DNA of 53,315 bases, taken from an uncultured Aminicenantes bacterium. GTDB lineage: Bacteria > Acidobacteriota > Aminicenantia > UBA2199. Below are positions 1-8,852 of the stretch, piece by piece; the stretch's first letter is position 1, and every line of letters starts with the position of its first letter. Where the stretch lies: contig CBDAFS010000045.1 of assembly GCA_965195285.1 (NCBI GenBank), forward strand, positions 1 through 53,315, read 5' to 3'. Under the pieces are notes generated by a model. That model was not told the DNA's origin and made no database searches. It saw only the letters and a list, made by a program, of their open reading frames with translations. Position numbers and translations under genes: made by a program.

Positions 1-196
1 CAACATGTATAACTTGGTTAAAACTCCCCTTTGAATCCAAGGTAATATCATTATCTGCTATTCTGATTGAATCATAAATGGGGTTTACAACTGTCCCGGA
101 AACCTTTATATTGAAAATCTGATTACTAGAATCTGAATGCACCCTTACAAAAACAAATAGAAAAACCAATACGAAAAGATTTCGTCCTCTGAGCAT
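1..196 (-). CDS. Partial (3' end outside window) exported protein with N-terminal signal peptide
   Basis: Not in the ORF track. ATG at 196 preceded by GGAGGA RBS; reads MLRGRNLFVLVFLFVFVRVHSDSSNQIFNIKVSGTVVNP... and stays open to the window edge. Confidence 0.6.
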   Translation of the reverse strand, partial: MLRGRNLFVLVFLFVFVRVHSDSSNQIFNIKVSGTVVNPIYDSIRIADNDITLDSKGSFNQVIHV

Positions 197-355
197 TTAT
201 TCCTCCAGTTACATATTTCTTTGGTTATTATAACGCCATTAACTTTGAATTGTTACAACAACATAAGGTAATTTCATAGGAAATTTCCTTTTTAATCACA
301 TAGAAATATTAATAATATGTATGTTGAATGTCAATGGATTGTGGTTTAACAACTC

Positions 356-432
356 GGGGGACACCATACTTAATTTTTCAAACATGGCTTATCCAGGGAC
401 ATTATAATCGAATAATTAGGTATGATGTACCT
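356..432. repeat. REP-like imperfect inverted repeat pair
   Basis: GGGGGACACCATACTTAATT (356-375) vs AATTAGGTATGATGTACC (413-431); style typical of RAYT-associated REPs. Confidence 0.55.
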
Positions 433-463
433 ATAATTTCTCGGTTCATTTTTTTTTATAAAT

Positions 464-504
464 AATAGAAAAAAAATCAAAAATCCAAAAGACCGTCCCC
501 AACC
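464..504 (+). repeat. 41-bp REP-like repeat, left copy (inverse of 11600-11640)
   Basis: AATAGAAAAAAAATCAAAAATCCAAAAGACCGTCCCCAACC is the exact reverse complement of 11600-11640; related GTCCCC/ATCCCC cores at ~612-630 and ~666-681. Confidence 0.85.
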
Positions 505-787
505 TTATAGACATCTAATTTGCCTCCTCATATTTCCTTAAAATAATTTTTCAATAGATATTTTAATAAAAACCAAAACTTTGTCAACTTCATAAAATTT
601 CCAAGTTTCAAAGCACCGTCCCCACTCCTCTGCAGGGAAAAGGTTGAAGAAGTCAAGAAATCAATGACCATCCCCCACCCTAGGGATTATAGAAAGCAAA
701 ATAAAAAGAAATCTTAACCATACAGAATACCTTCTATATGATTATCAGGCCTTTGATTCTAGCATTTGTTAAGTTATAAGAATAAAA

Positions 788-820
788 TGGCGAGACCATT
801 AAGGATAGAATTCCCCTGAA
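788..820 (+). pseudogene. N-terminal stub of a REP-associated (RAYT/Y1 HUH) tyrosine transposase
   Basis: ATGGCGAGACCATTAAGGATAGAATTCCCCTGA = MARPLRIEFP-stop, the characteristic start (MARPLRIEFPGA.YHV..RG) of this family; sits within the REP cluster. Confidence 0.7.
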
Positions 821-852
821 CTCTATTCATTTAATTTCACTTAGAGCTTTTC

Positions 853-881
853 TTGACAAAAACTCTAGGTTTTTTTATTAT
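853..881 (+). promoter_or_regulatory. sigma70-type promoter for the 979/1196 gene pair
   Basis: TTGACA-17 nt-TATTAT. Confidence 0.55.
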
Positions 882-978
882 TAGATTTACAAATAAGGAG
901 AGATAGTTAAAAACATTGGAAAAGGTAAAATTATAGAAAATAAATTACTCACTTTTTTTGACAATATATGAGGATGAC

Positions 979-1191
979 ATGGAAAAAGTATTTGAATTTT
1001 TTAAAAATAATTATTATTGGATTTTTTCAGGAATTGGAATATTTTTATTAGGCTTAATATTAAAATTCTTTAGGAGTAAAAAGAAGAATCAGTATCAAAA
1101 AATTGGAGATCATTCAAGAGGATTTCAAGCTGGTGAAAGTATAAACATAAGTTTAAACAATTCTAAATCAAAGAAAGAAGAAAAGGAATGA
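979..1191 (+). CDS. Small single-TM protein (70 aa) with C-terminal Q/N/G/S-rich putative amyloid signalling motif
   Basis: ATG at 979 after GAGGA RBS; TM WIFSGIGIFLLGLILKFF, basic patch, then QYQKIGDHSRGFQAGESINISLN. Confidence 0.75.
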   Translation: MEKVFEFFKNNYYWIFSGIGIFLLGLILKFFRSKKKNQYQKIGDHSRGFQAGESINISLNNSKSKKEEKE

Positions 1192-1195
1192 TAAT

Positions 1196-4100
1196 TTGGA
1201 GAAAAAACAAAAGCAAGTAATTGGGAATTATTCAACTGGTATTCAAGTTGAAAATATATCACTAAACATAAATGTTGAAAAATCTGCCCTTTATGAATTA
1301 ATACTTAATTTAATTGAAAATACCAAAAGTAATAAATTTGAGAATATTAAAATTAGTGAAATTAGTGAAATTCTTAAAATTTCAAATATTGTATCAGAGC
1401 CACCACTAATTCCAAATAAAATTTCTTATAGGAAAAAACTTATTGATAATATATATGAAAAATTAAAAAAATTGACATGGATAGGAATATATGGCGAAAA
1501 AGGTACAGGTAAAACTTATATAACTTTATTACTAAATAAAAAATTTACTGGAAACAAATATTGGATCTCATTTAAAGATATAAAAAACGAACTTTCAGAT
1601 TTATATCTTGATGAAGTCATTAAATCACATTTTGGAGAAGAAGTTCCAAAAAAAAATATATATGATTATTTCAGTGTAATTTTAAAAAAGACACCAAAGA
1701 ATAGTATTTTTATCCTTGATGATTTACCTGAACTGCTGTTAAATTTCCCTTTAACTCAAAAGTTAATTTATTTTGCAAAAGTTTGTGCAGAAAATGGAAT
1801 AAAAATAATATCAACAAGTTTTTATAATTTCCATTCAGATTTTGTGTATTCTCTTGGAGAAAATGAAATTAATACTTTTTCACCCCCCCCTTTTTGTAAA
1901 GATGAAATTTCTGAATTATTTAATATGCACAATGCAAAAACCGAAATTATAAATAATAATGTTTTAGAATTCATATTAACAATCACAAAAGGAAATCCAA
2001 TTCTTATTAGTTCACTTATCAAATATTTAGAAAAAAAAGATTGGAAGTATGATCTAAACATTTTCAATGATTTAATCATGGATAAGTATGCAAAAGATGA
2101 AAAAAAACAATATTTTTTAATTTTTTCAAGAACTGTTATTGAAGAAATTAAAGACTTAGTTTATAGGTTAGATTTAATAAATAGAAAATTTTCTTATAAA
2201 GAGATTTTACTAGTAAGTGAAGTGGAACCAAAAATAAAAAATCCTTATGATAAATTAGGTTTTGTGTTAAATGTTTGGATTCAACAAACAGAGGATATGT
2301 TTGAACTATCTCCACTCATTAAGGGCATTGGCTTTTTTAATTTGGATTTTACAATTGCAAAAAATATTTTTATTAGCTTGGCCAATAATATAATTAGCAA
2401 AAAGTTCCTTAATCAAAATGAGGTGAGCCAAGTTATTGTTTATTATATAAAAGCTAAAGAATATAATCTGGCAGCTTTACTTTTAAAAGATATCTTAATT
2501 GAATTTTTAAAGATTGAAAATAGAAAATTTGAGGATTGGGGGATTTCCTATATTTGGGCTAATCAAGCTCTGCCAGAAGAGATTGATTTAGATTTAAGGT
2601 TAATTATACGCAGTTTGCAGCTAAAAATCAATCAAAAGTTGAATAGAAAATCTGATTTCATTTTAGAAGATACTAAGAAATTAATCAGAGAAGCAAGTAA
2701 GGATGAGATTTATGGAGTGATGATAATTTCTTTTGTTTTGGCAACAGAAAGAATAGATAATAAGGATCAACTATTTTATAGTTGTTTTATAAAAACTCTT
2801 CAATTTGAAAACAGAAATGATCTTTTAAATAAAATAAAGAATTTTCGTTATGAATATATCCTTTGGCTTATAGCATTTGAAATAGAAAAACCTACCCAAC
2901 TAATCCAATGGATTAACACAATTGATAAAATGCCAGTTGAGTCAAAAAAAATATTTTTTGAGTCTAAAGAGTTCACTGAAAAAATTTCTCTGATTTTTGA
3001 TAATGTATATTTAAACGAATATCATAAGACAAGTAATGAACAAGATTGGGACAAATTTTTGAAATACATTGAGAAATATGAAAATAAATTAAAAAAGATG
3101 AACATTGAAATATTTTGGTGTCTTTTAAAGCGCCTTCAAATATTGATCTTAGCAGAACATATTAAGGATTTTGATAAATCAATGAAAGTAGCAAGGAATT
3201 CTCTTGAAAATTTCTCTAAAAATCCTATAATTCAATTTATAATAAAAGGAATTATTGCAAGGGAAAATTTATTTAATAAAAGATTTGAAGAATCTGATAA
3301 ATGGTTTACAGATGCTTTTAAAGAAAATATTAACTCACTTTTTTCAGAAAAAATTCTTGGATTTTTATGGCAAGCAGAAGCAGTATCTCATTTTGATTTA
3401 GATAAAGCCATAAAAATATGTAAGGAGGGAATTAGTTTTTATAATAAAAACAAAAAAAATATTAATGAAAGTTTTTTATTAATGAGTTATGGAGAGTTAA
3501 TAATTCTTATTTTTAGAAAATTTGGGTTTTCTAAAACTTTTAAGGCATATGAAAAAGGGATTGAATTACTTTGGTCATCAAAACAAAAAGACAATACATG
3601 GAAAAAACTGTTTGTATTATTTGGTCATATTAGTGGATATCTATCAGCTATGGCGTGTTCTGGATCACCTCCTTCGGGGACAGAAAATGGAAAAATTTAT
3701 ACTCCGCCAACAACTGGAATGTTTATAAATATGTCTGATGAGTTGATTTCGTTGTATAAATCTGATAATGATTTTTTATTACCAACTCAAGTGGCAATTT
3801 TTGCAGAAGATATAGGAAATGATGAGAAAGCTTTAAAGTGGGCATTAATAGCTTACAAAGTTTTGCCAAAGAATAATTATTTTCTAATTTATCCCATCAT
3901 TATAAAAATTCTTATCCCAAATTTAATATTAAATAAAGAATTCAAAAAAGCTATTGTTATGTCATATGAATTTTTCCTTAAAAAACCAGATTTTGTTGAA
4001 AGGTCTATATCAAATTCTTATAAAGATAAAATATTTGAAGATCACATTTTGTACTCCACTATAATCCCAATTATGCTTAATTATGGAATATTGAAAATTC

Positions 4101-4600
4101 AAAATTTAATTAACAAAAATGAAATTGATTCATTAGTACAAAAAATCTCAAACATATCATTTGAAAATATAAATAACGGATCTCGGGTAAAGAGTGATAT
4201 TGAAAAAGTTTTTAAAATATCTTTATTTGAAGATTTTTCACATAATAATGTCATTGAATTGGGGAAAAAATATCAAAAAGAAGATAGAAAGGGATTTACA
4301 TTATTGTGTTTTATCGGTGCGATATTGAAAGATAATATTTCAATTGAAGATTCCATACAATTACAAGAAAAATTTATAGAATTCATTCAGAAACAATATT
4401 CAAAATCATTAAAATTTATCTACAGAAATATAATTATTAGATTTTTCATAACCTATTGGGAAAATGTTATCAAAATTAACAAAACAAAATTTAAATATAC
4501 TAAAACATTATTAAAAAAAATAAAAAATAATTTTGATTCTCAAAATGAACACTCACTTGTAAAAACATTTATTATGGTTAAAGATAATTTAATTAAATAA
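1196..4600 (+). CDS. STAND/NLR-like P-loop NTPase with long helical-repeat C-terminus and N-terminal motif matching the upstream protein
   Basis: Walker A GEKGTGKT, Walker B IFILDD, GNP motif (TKGNPILI), about 700 aa alpha-helical/TPR-like tail; N-terminus QKQVIGNYSTGIQVENISLNIN. Confidence 0.8.
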   Translation: MEKKQKQVIGNYSTGIQVENISLNINVEKSALYELILNLIENTKSNKFENIKISEISEILKISNIVSEPPLIPNKISYRKKLIDNIYEKLKKLTWIGIYGEKGTGKTYITLLLNKKFTGNKYWISFKDIKNELSDLYLDEVIKSHFGEEVPKKNIYDYFSVILKKTPKNSIFILDDLPELLLNFPLTQKLIYFAKVCAENGIKIISTSFYNFHSDFVYSLGENEINTFSPPPFCKDEISELFNMHNAKTEIINNNVLEFILTITKGNPILISSLIKYLEKKDWKYDLNIFNDLIMDKYAKDEKKQYFLIFSRTVIEEIKDLVYRLDLINRKFSYKEILLVSEVEPKIKNPYDKLGFVLNVWIQQTEDMFELSPLIKGIGFFNLDFTIAKNIFISLANNIISKKFLNQNEVSQVIVYYIKAKEYNLAALLLKDILIEFLKIENRKFEDWGISYIWANQALPEEIDLDLRLIIRSLQLKINQKLNRKSDFILEDTKKLIREASKDEIYGVMIISFVLATERIDNKDQLFYSCFIKTLQFENRNDLLNKIKNFRYEYILWLIAFEIEKPTQLIQWINTIDKMPVESKKIFFESKEFTEKISLIFDNVYLNEYHKTSNEQDWDKFLKYIEKYENKLKKMNIEIFWCLLKRLQILILAEHIKDFDKSMKVARNSLENFSKNPIIQFIIKGIIARENLFNKRFEESDKWFTDAFKENINSLFSEKILGFLWQAEAVSHFDLDKAIKICKEGISFYNKNKKNINESFLLMSYGELIILIFRKFGFSKTFKAYEKGIELLWSSKQKDNTWKKLFVLFGHISGYLSAMACSGSPPSGTENGKIYTPPTTGMFINMSDELISLYKSDNDFLLPTQVAIFAEDIGNDEKALKWALIAYKVLPKNNYFLIYPIIIKILIPNLILNKEFKKAIVMSYEFFLKKPDFVERSISNSYKDKIFEDHILYSTIIPIMLNYGILKIQNLINKNEIDSLVQKISNISFENINNGSRVKSDIEKVFKISLFEDFSHNNVIELGKKYQKEDRKGFTLLCFIGAILKDNISIEDSIQLQEKFIEFIQKQYSKSLKFIYRNIIIRFFITYWENVIKINKTKFKYTKTLLKKIKNNFDSQNEHSLVKTFIMVKDNLIK

Positions 4601-4641
4601 AAAACAAGTATGAGTTGACCAAAGAGAACCTAGAAAAGCGA

Positions 4642-5355
4642 TTATTTCCCTAAACCCATATATGATGCATATAAATCTGGTATTAATGAAGTATGAGATT
4701 TTAATTGTCGTGTAGAAAATATATCATCCAAAACTTCAATCGAACATTCTATAGCATGAGAAATGTGAGGAAAAGAAGCACATGATACTTTTTGACCATT
4801 AAAGAAATCATATCTAATTCCTTTCAGATTGGAATGAAAATCAGATCCCTTAAATCCATAATGTATTCCATTGGTATGTAGGCTATTTCTAATTAATGCA
4901 TTTGTGTTTAAGATTTCGATAGCATTATGATTCTTTCCTAAATAGGTTAATAAATCATTAGCTATATTATAGAAACCTTTTTTATGATTTTTTTTTAGTG
5001 CTTGACAGATATTTTTGATACAGTTCTCAATTTGAAATTGCGCCAATAAAGATAAGGATAATTTTGATGTCTTATGAAGTGAATCTCCCATTAGTTTGAC
5101 AGATTTAGAATCAATCTGAGTCAAGCCTAATAATAGTGGAATATTTTGTCTGATGATTGTATCAGCAGTGGTCCAATTTTCTAATAAATTTAGAATGCCC
5201 AAGCATGAATAAGAAACCAATCTGATGTTTACTATAGATGCTGAACGAGTATCATTATCCGGATATTTATATTTATTAATTAAAGTGGTACATATTTCAA
5301 TTAAGTTTAAAACACATTCAGCTTCATCTTTATGTGATTTATATGCTTTAAACAT
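4642..5355 (-). CDS. Hypothetical protein, possible HEPN-like RNase
   Basis: 237 aa helical protein containing RxxxH-type motif IRNSLH; directly downstream of the TIR gene. Confidence 0.5.
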   Translation of the reverse strand: MFKAYKSHKDEAECVLNLIEICTTLINKYKYPDNDTRSASIVNIRLVSYSCLGILNLLENWTTADTIIRQNIPLLLGLTQIDSKSVKLMGDSLHKTSKLSLSLLAQFQIENCIKNICQALKKNHKKGFYNIANDLLTYLGKNHNAIEILNTNALIRNSLHTNGIHYGFKGSDFHSNLKGIRYDFFNGQKVSCASFPHISHAIECSIEVLDDIFSTRQLKSHTSLIPDLYASYMGLGK

Positions 5356-5387
5356 TGCTAAAAAACAAAACTTCTAAAGGTTGTCTT

Positions 5388-6308
5388 TTATATATTTTTT
5401 ATTTTCTCAATAAATGCATCTCTTGTTTGACCAGTAATTATATATAATTTGTTTTTTTTATATTTTAAGTTGAATTCTTCAAGTATTTTTTGAGCCTTAA
5501 TTGTTAATCTTAAAGCATTCGTTGCTATTATAACTGGGAATTTTGATGCAGATACTATTTTAAAAAATTTTTCTACTTGTTCACTTGGAAAATTTTTTCC
5601 TCTTTTATCATTCCAATATTCAATATAAATATAAAATATATTATCATTTTTGTTTTTAATTTCAGAGATGTATTTCCCTTTTGGAAAATAGTTGTTAATA
5701 TCATAGTAATGTAAATCTGCATTTTTTACTGCATCTCGAACTTTATATTTCAAATCTCTCTCACTATTTATAGTTGTAAATTGATCCTCTTTAACATATA
5801 AATCTTTTTGTTCTTTTAAATTGTGAATATTATCTAATTTTTTTTCAACTTTAAGAAATAAAGAATGAACAAAACGATCTCTTTGATTTCCTGTACAATC
5901 AAGAAATGTCTTCGGAAATTTAAATCTTTCACCTTCAAGTTGAAAAATTTGACGTTTTTTAAGTCCTTTTAGATTATGTCTCTCAAAATCCACTTGTTGT
6001 AACATTACAGGTATTATTGGTTTTTTATCAGTTTTTAAAAATATTGGAAGCTCTTTTTTTAATATATATTCAGATGCAAGAAAAGCTGGATTTATAAGAA
6101 GCAAGCCTAAATTACATCTTTTAAGAGCGGTGCGAATTTCTTCATCCCAATCTTCACCTATCAAAATATTTCCATCTTGCCAAAATTTGTACTCATACCT
6201 AAGAGATGCAGCAACTTGTTCTTTAAATCTTTCAAGAAATTTATTTGAATTGGCGCTATTTGATCTGGCATATGAAACAAAAAATTCGATCTTTATCCTT
6301 CTTCCCAT
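5388..6308 (-). CDS. TIR-domain protein with C-terminal restriction-endonuclease-like (Mrr-like) region
   Basis: FFVSYA...FWQD..ILIGEDW...LLLINPAFLASEYI.KKELP (TIR with putative catalytic Glu); C-terminal IYIEY...SEQVEKF...IIATNA..T..AQK resembles a degenerate Mrr catalytic fold. Confidence 0.75.
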   Translation of the reverse strand: MGRRIKIEFFVSYARSNSANSNKFLERFKEQVAASLRYEYKFWQDGNILIGEDWDEEIRTALKRCNLGLLLINPAFLASEYILKKELPIFLKTDKKPIIPVMLQQVDFERHNLKGLKKRQIFQLEGERFKFPKTFLDCTGNQRDRFVHSLFLKVEKKLDNIHNLKEQKDLYVKEDQFTTINSERDLKYKVRDAVKNADLHYYDINNYFPKGKYISEIKNKNDNIFYIYIEYWNDKRGKNFPSEQVEKFFKIVSASKFPVIIATNALRLTIKAQKILEEFNLKYKKNKLYIITGQTRDAFIEKIKNI

Positions 6309-6362
6309 TTTAAATATAATTTAATAAATATGTTAATAAAATATAATTTTCGCAATATTTTG

Positions 6363-7469
6363 TCAAATTATTGTATAGGTTGCATACATATGAGACTCAG
6401 GATAAGATTTTATCACATAATCAATGGGAGACAAATTCCCCAATGAGTTATGTGGTCTTTTAGTATTAAACCAGATAAGATGTTCCATAAGATCTTTGTT
6501 AAATTTAATCAAATCCCTGTCATCATAAAAAGGGTATGGGATCAGGAACTCTTCATTTAAGCTTCTGTTAGCCCTTTCAACAAAACTGTTTATTTTAGGA
6601 CATCTGGGATAGATGAAGAGATGTTCTATTTTCTTCTTTTTAAGGTATTGGTCAAATTTACCCAGGAACTCACTTCCATTATCTGTTTGTACTTTTTTTA
6701 TACCTCCTTTTAAAGGATATACCTGTTCAAGTTTTTTAAAGAAATCAAGACCATCACTGCTACTGGCAGAGTGATATGCATAAGAGAACTGAAACCGTGT
6801 CGATAGATCTATTGCATTAAAAATATAGGTCCTTATCCCCTCCATAAATCTTAGCATTGTATCGATCTGAATATATCCGGGAGTTGATATCTTTGGTGAT
6901 CTCTTTACCCTGTTCTTATAAGATACTTTCCTTTTTGCCCATTTACTTGACGGGTTATGATACACACGGCCATTGGGAGGGTGGAGCATATCATATCTCC
7001 TTATCACTTTACCTATTGTTGATACTGATATGCTATCGAGGTCATTTGTCTCACAGTATTCATCCAAAAACGGTTTGATCTTCTCTTTACCAAGACGGTA
7101 ATGATCTCTCCTTAGCTTCCTGATATAATTGATCAGTTCTCTTTTTACCATCATCTTACGCTTAACTTTAGGGGACCTGGATCTCGGAATTAGAGAGGTC
7201 AGCTCTTTGCCACTCGATTTATATAACTTAAACCACCTATAGATCGTTGCTCTCGATACTCCATATGCATCCATGCAGGATCTCAATCCATGACTCTCAA
7301 AATGCTCTATTACTTTTAATCTGAACTTACCCCGGGTACTGCCTGAAAATTTGAATATCTCCTCATATGAACTCATAACTCCTTTATTACATAGTGGAGT
7401 CCCGTACCACAAGTCTCTATAACGGGTCGATCGACCTATTTTGCCTCGCATATTTAAACTCTTATACAA
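6363..7469 (-). CDS. DDE transposase (IS481 family, integrase core)
   Basis: HTH (GVSRATIYRW), IQIDT, QTDNGSEF, NSFVERANR, N..RPH.SL...SP. Confidence 0.9.
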   Translation of the reverse strand: MYKSLNMRGKIGRSTRYRDLWYGTPLCNKGVMSSYEEIFKFSGSTRGKFRLKVIEHFESHGLRSCMDAYGVSRATIYRWFKLYKSSGKELTSLIPRSRSPKVKRKMMVKRELINYIRKLRRDHYRLGKEKIKPFLDEYCETNDLDSISVSTIGKVIRRYDMLHPPNGRVYHNPSSKWAKRKVSYKNRVKRSPKISTPGYIQIDTMLRFMEGIRTYIFNAIDLSTRFQFSYAYHSASSSDGLDFFKKLEQVYPLKGGIKKVQTDNGSEFLGKFDQYLKKKKIEHLFIYPRCPKINSFVERANRSLNEEFLIPYPFYDDRDLIKFNKDLMEHLIWFNTKRPHNSLGNLSPIDYVIKSYPESHMYATYTII

Positions 7470-7504
7470 TACATAAGAGTCTCATATGTTTCGTAACTTA
7501 TTCA
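6372..7504 (-). mobile_element. IS481-family insertion sequence, apparently intact
   Basis: IRs TGTATAGGTTGCATACATATGAGACTC (6372-6398) and GAGTCTCATATGTTTCGTAACTTATTCA (7477-7504); 5-bp flanking duplication ATTAT (6367-6371, 7505-7509). Confidence 0.8.
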
Positions 7505-7564
7505 ATTATTATGAAATGATCAAAGATGGTAAATGCAATTAAGTGTAGCAAAATAAATTAAATA

Positions 7565-7634
7565 TCAACGTTTTATGCAACAGTGCGCCCATTCCAACGG
7601 TTTTTCTCCTGTTGTTGCCATCTTTCTCTCCTTT
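7565..7634 (-). pseudogene. Truncated inverted duplicate of the zinc-ribbon gene at 10436
   Basis: Minus strand AAGGAGAGAAAGATGGCAAC..AGGAGAAAAACC (MATTGEKP) matches 10424-10459, then joins CTGTTGCATAAAA also seen at ~10690. Confidence 0.6.
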
Positions 7635-7708
7635 TCTATAATTGACATTTTTTAACGGAATCTTTTTTGAAAAGCAGGCTCACAGTGCTTGACAAGGATG
7701 TTGCTTGA

Positions 7709-7782
7709 GTGTGCCAAGCAGCCTGTTGCAATCTAGAGGGTTAAAATCCCTCACGGGCAAAGCTTAGCCAACAGACCGTGTC
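7709..7782 (+). mobile_element. Probable group II intron 5'-end remnant (copy 1)
   Basis: GTGTGCCAAGCAGCCTG...GAGGGTTAAAATCCCTCACGGGCAAAG; begins with GUGYG; similar to 10053 and 12620. Confidence 0.5.
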
Positions 7783-8004
7783 AAACGGCATATAAATTAC
7801 GAAGCAAATTGGAAGAAAATTTCATGATTTTATCCTGTATTAAAACGATACATTCATTAAAAACATTAATAATATCGAATATTCTTACATAATTGATAAA
7901 TTTTGAAAAATTAATGTTTTGAAATGGAACACCCTCAATATTCATTCAAATTCATTAAAAATTCAAAACCATTGATAAAAGACATTTTATAGTATCAAAA
8001 AAAA

Positions 8005-8021
8005 TTGGCATTTAAAATGCT
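8005..8021 (+). promoter_or_regulatory. sigma54 (-24/-12) promoter candidate
   Basis: TTGGCATTTAAAATGCT: GG and GC separated by exactly 10 nt; RBS GGAGGAG about 20 nt downstream. Confidence 0.5.
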
Positions 8022-8053
8022 ATATATATCTGTATTATTGGGAGGAGAAAATT

Positions 8054-8125
8054 ATGAAGATTAAAAGTATGGTTTGTTTTATTACCGTCCTTTCTTTAAT
8101 CTGCACAAAAAGTCTTTTTGGCTAG
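8054..8125 (+). pseudogene. 23-aa signal-peptide-only ORF (truncated exported protein)
   Basis: GGAGGAG RBS; MKIKSMVCFITVLSLICTKSLFG-stop. Confidence 0.45.
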
Positions 8126-8193
8126 GTCTTTTTTAAGAAAGAAAAATCAAGATAACTAAGCAAAATAGCATTGAAAAAAAATATTGTAACGGT

Positions 8194-8275
8194 GCTTGAC
8201 ACGGGCTACACGGCTCACTTTGTTTGCCCAAATTTCGGCTACTCCAAAACATCGTATATGCTGAGAATGTTAGGG
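8194..8275 (+). other. Degenerate integron attC site (upstream of RiPP module)
   Basis: R''-like GCTTGAC, L''-like CTACACG pairing imperfectly with CGTATATG, internal hairpins, R' GTTAGGG at 8269-8275. Confidence 0.55.
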
Positions 8276-8344
8276 AAGGAAATGTGGGCTCAGTTCTTTC
8301 ATTACAACATTTAAAGTGGATAGCCTTTTACCGAGAGGTGAAAC

Positions 8345-8569
8345 ATGATTGGAAGGATGAAAATGTATGTTCTCCCAGAGGGATGTATATGCGAACAGTT
8401 CACATATCTTACCAATTCAGGTGTATATCCGACCTGTTCGGATATGAATGAGTTAGGCGACATTGCATTGAAAGTAATGTTGCCATTTCAACTTAAAAAG
8501 AAAGGAGGTGATAGTAATGACGCAGAGACGAGTACCTACCGCTCCAACAGCCGGAACAGTTGTGCTTGA
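8345..8569 (+). CDS. Small Cys-containing hypothetical protein (possible accessory or second precursor)
   Basis: GAGAGGTG RBS 4 nt before ATG; overlaps the precursor start by about 50 nt. Confidence 0.35.
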   Translation: MIGRMKMYVLPEGCICEQFTYLTNSGVYPTCSDMNELGDIALKVMLPFQLKKKGGDSNDAETSTYRSNSRNSCA

Positions 8570-8747
8570 CGCAGGGGCAGCTGCTAAATTAGTTGCTGGA
8601 ATTACCGAGGCTAAATTGGCGAACATTCGCGAAATCCTAGCCACGAGGAAAGAAATTGCTGCTATGAGGGCCGAAGACGTTGAGAAATTGGCAAGGCTTG
8701 CGGAGGTTAATGTGGCTAACGGCGGTTGCGGTATTGGTTGTTGGTAG
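8517..8747 (+). CDS. Putative RiPP precursor peptide (76 aa) with C-terminal core GGCGIGCW
   Basis: Strong RBS AAGGAGGTG; helical Ala/Glu/Lys leader, Cys/Gly/Trp tail; directly upstream of a radical SAM/SPASM gene. Confidence 0.8.
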   Translation: MTQRRVPTAPTAGTVVLDAGAAAKLVAGITEAKLANIREILATRKEIAAMRAEDVEKLARLAEVNVANGGCGIGCW

Positions 8748-8755
8748 GTTAAAGC

Positions 8756-8798
8756 GGTTTTATGGGGGCAGTCCACTTGTGGACTTCCCCCATAAACC
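8756..8798 (+). terminator. Strong hairpin between precursor and maturase (stabiliser/attenuator)
   Basis: GGTTTTATGGGGGCAGTCCAC-TT-GTGGACTTCCCCCATAAACC. Confidence 0.65.
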
Positions 8799-8852
8799 TC
8801 TAGTGAGCTGTAAAGTTTTGGTGTTAACATTGCTACTGATGAAAGAAAGAGA

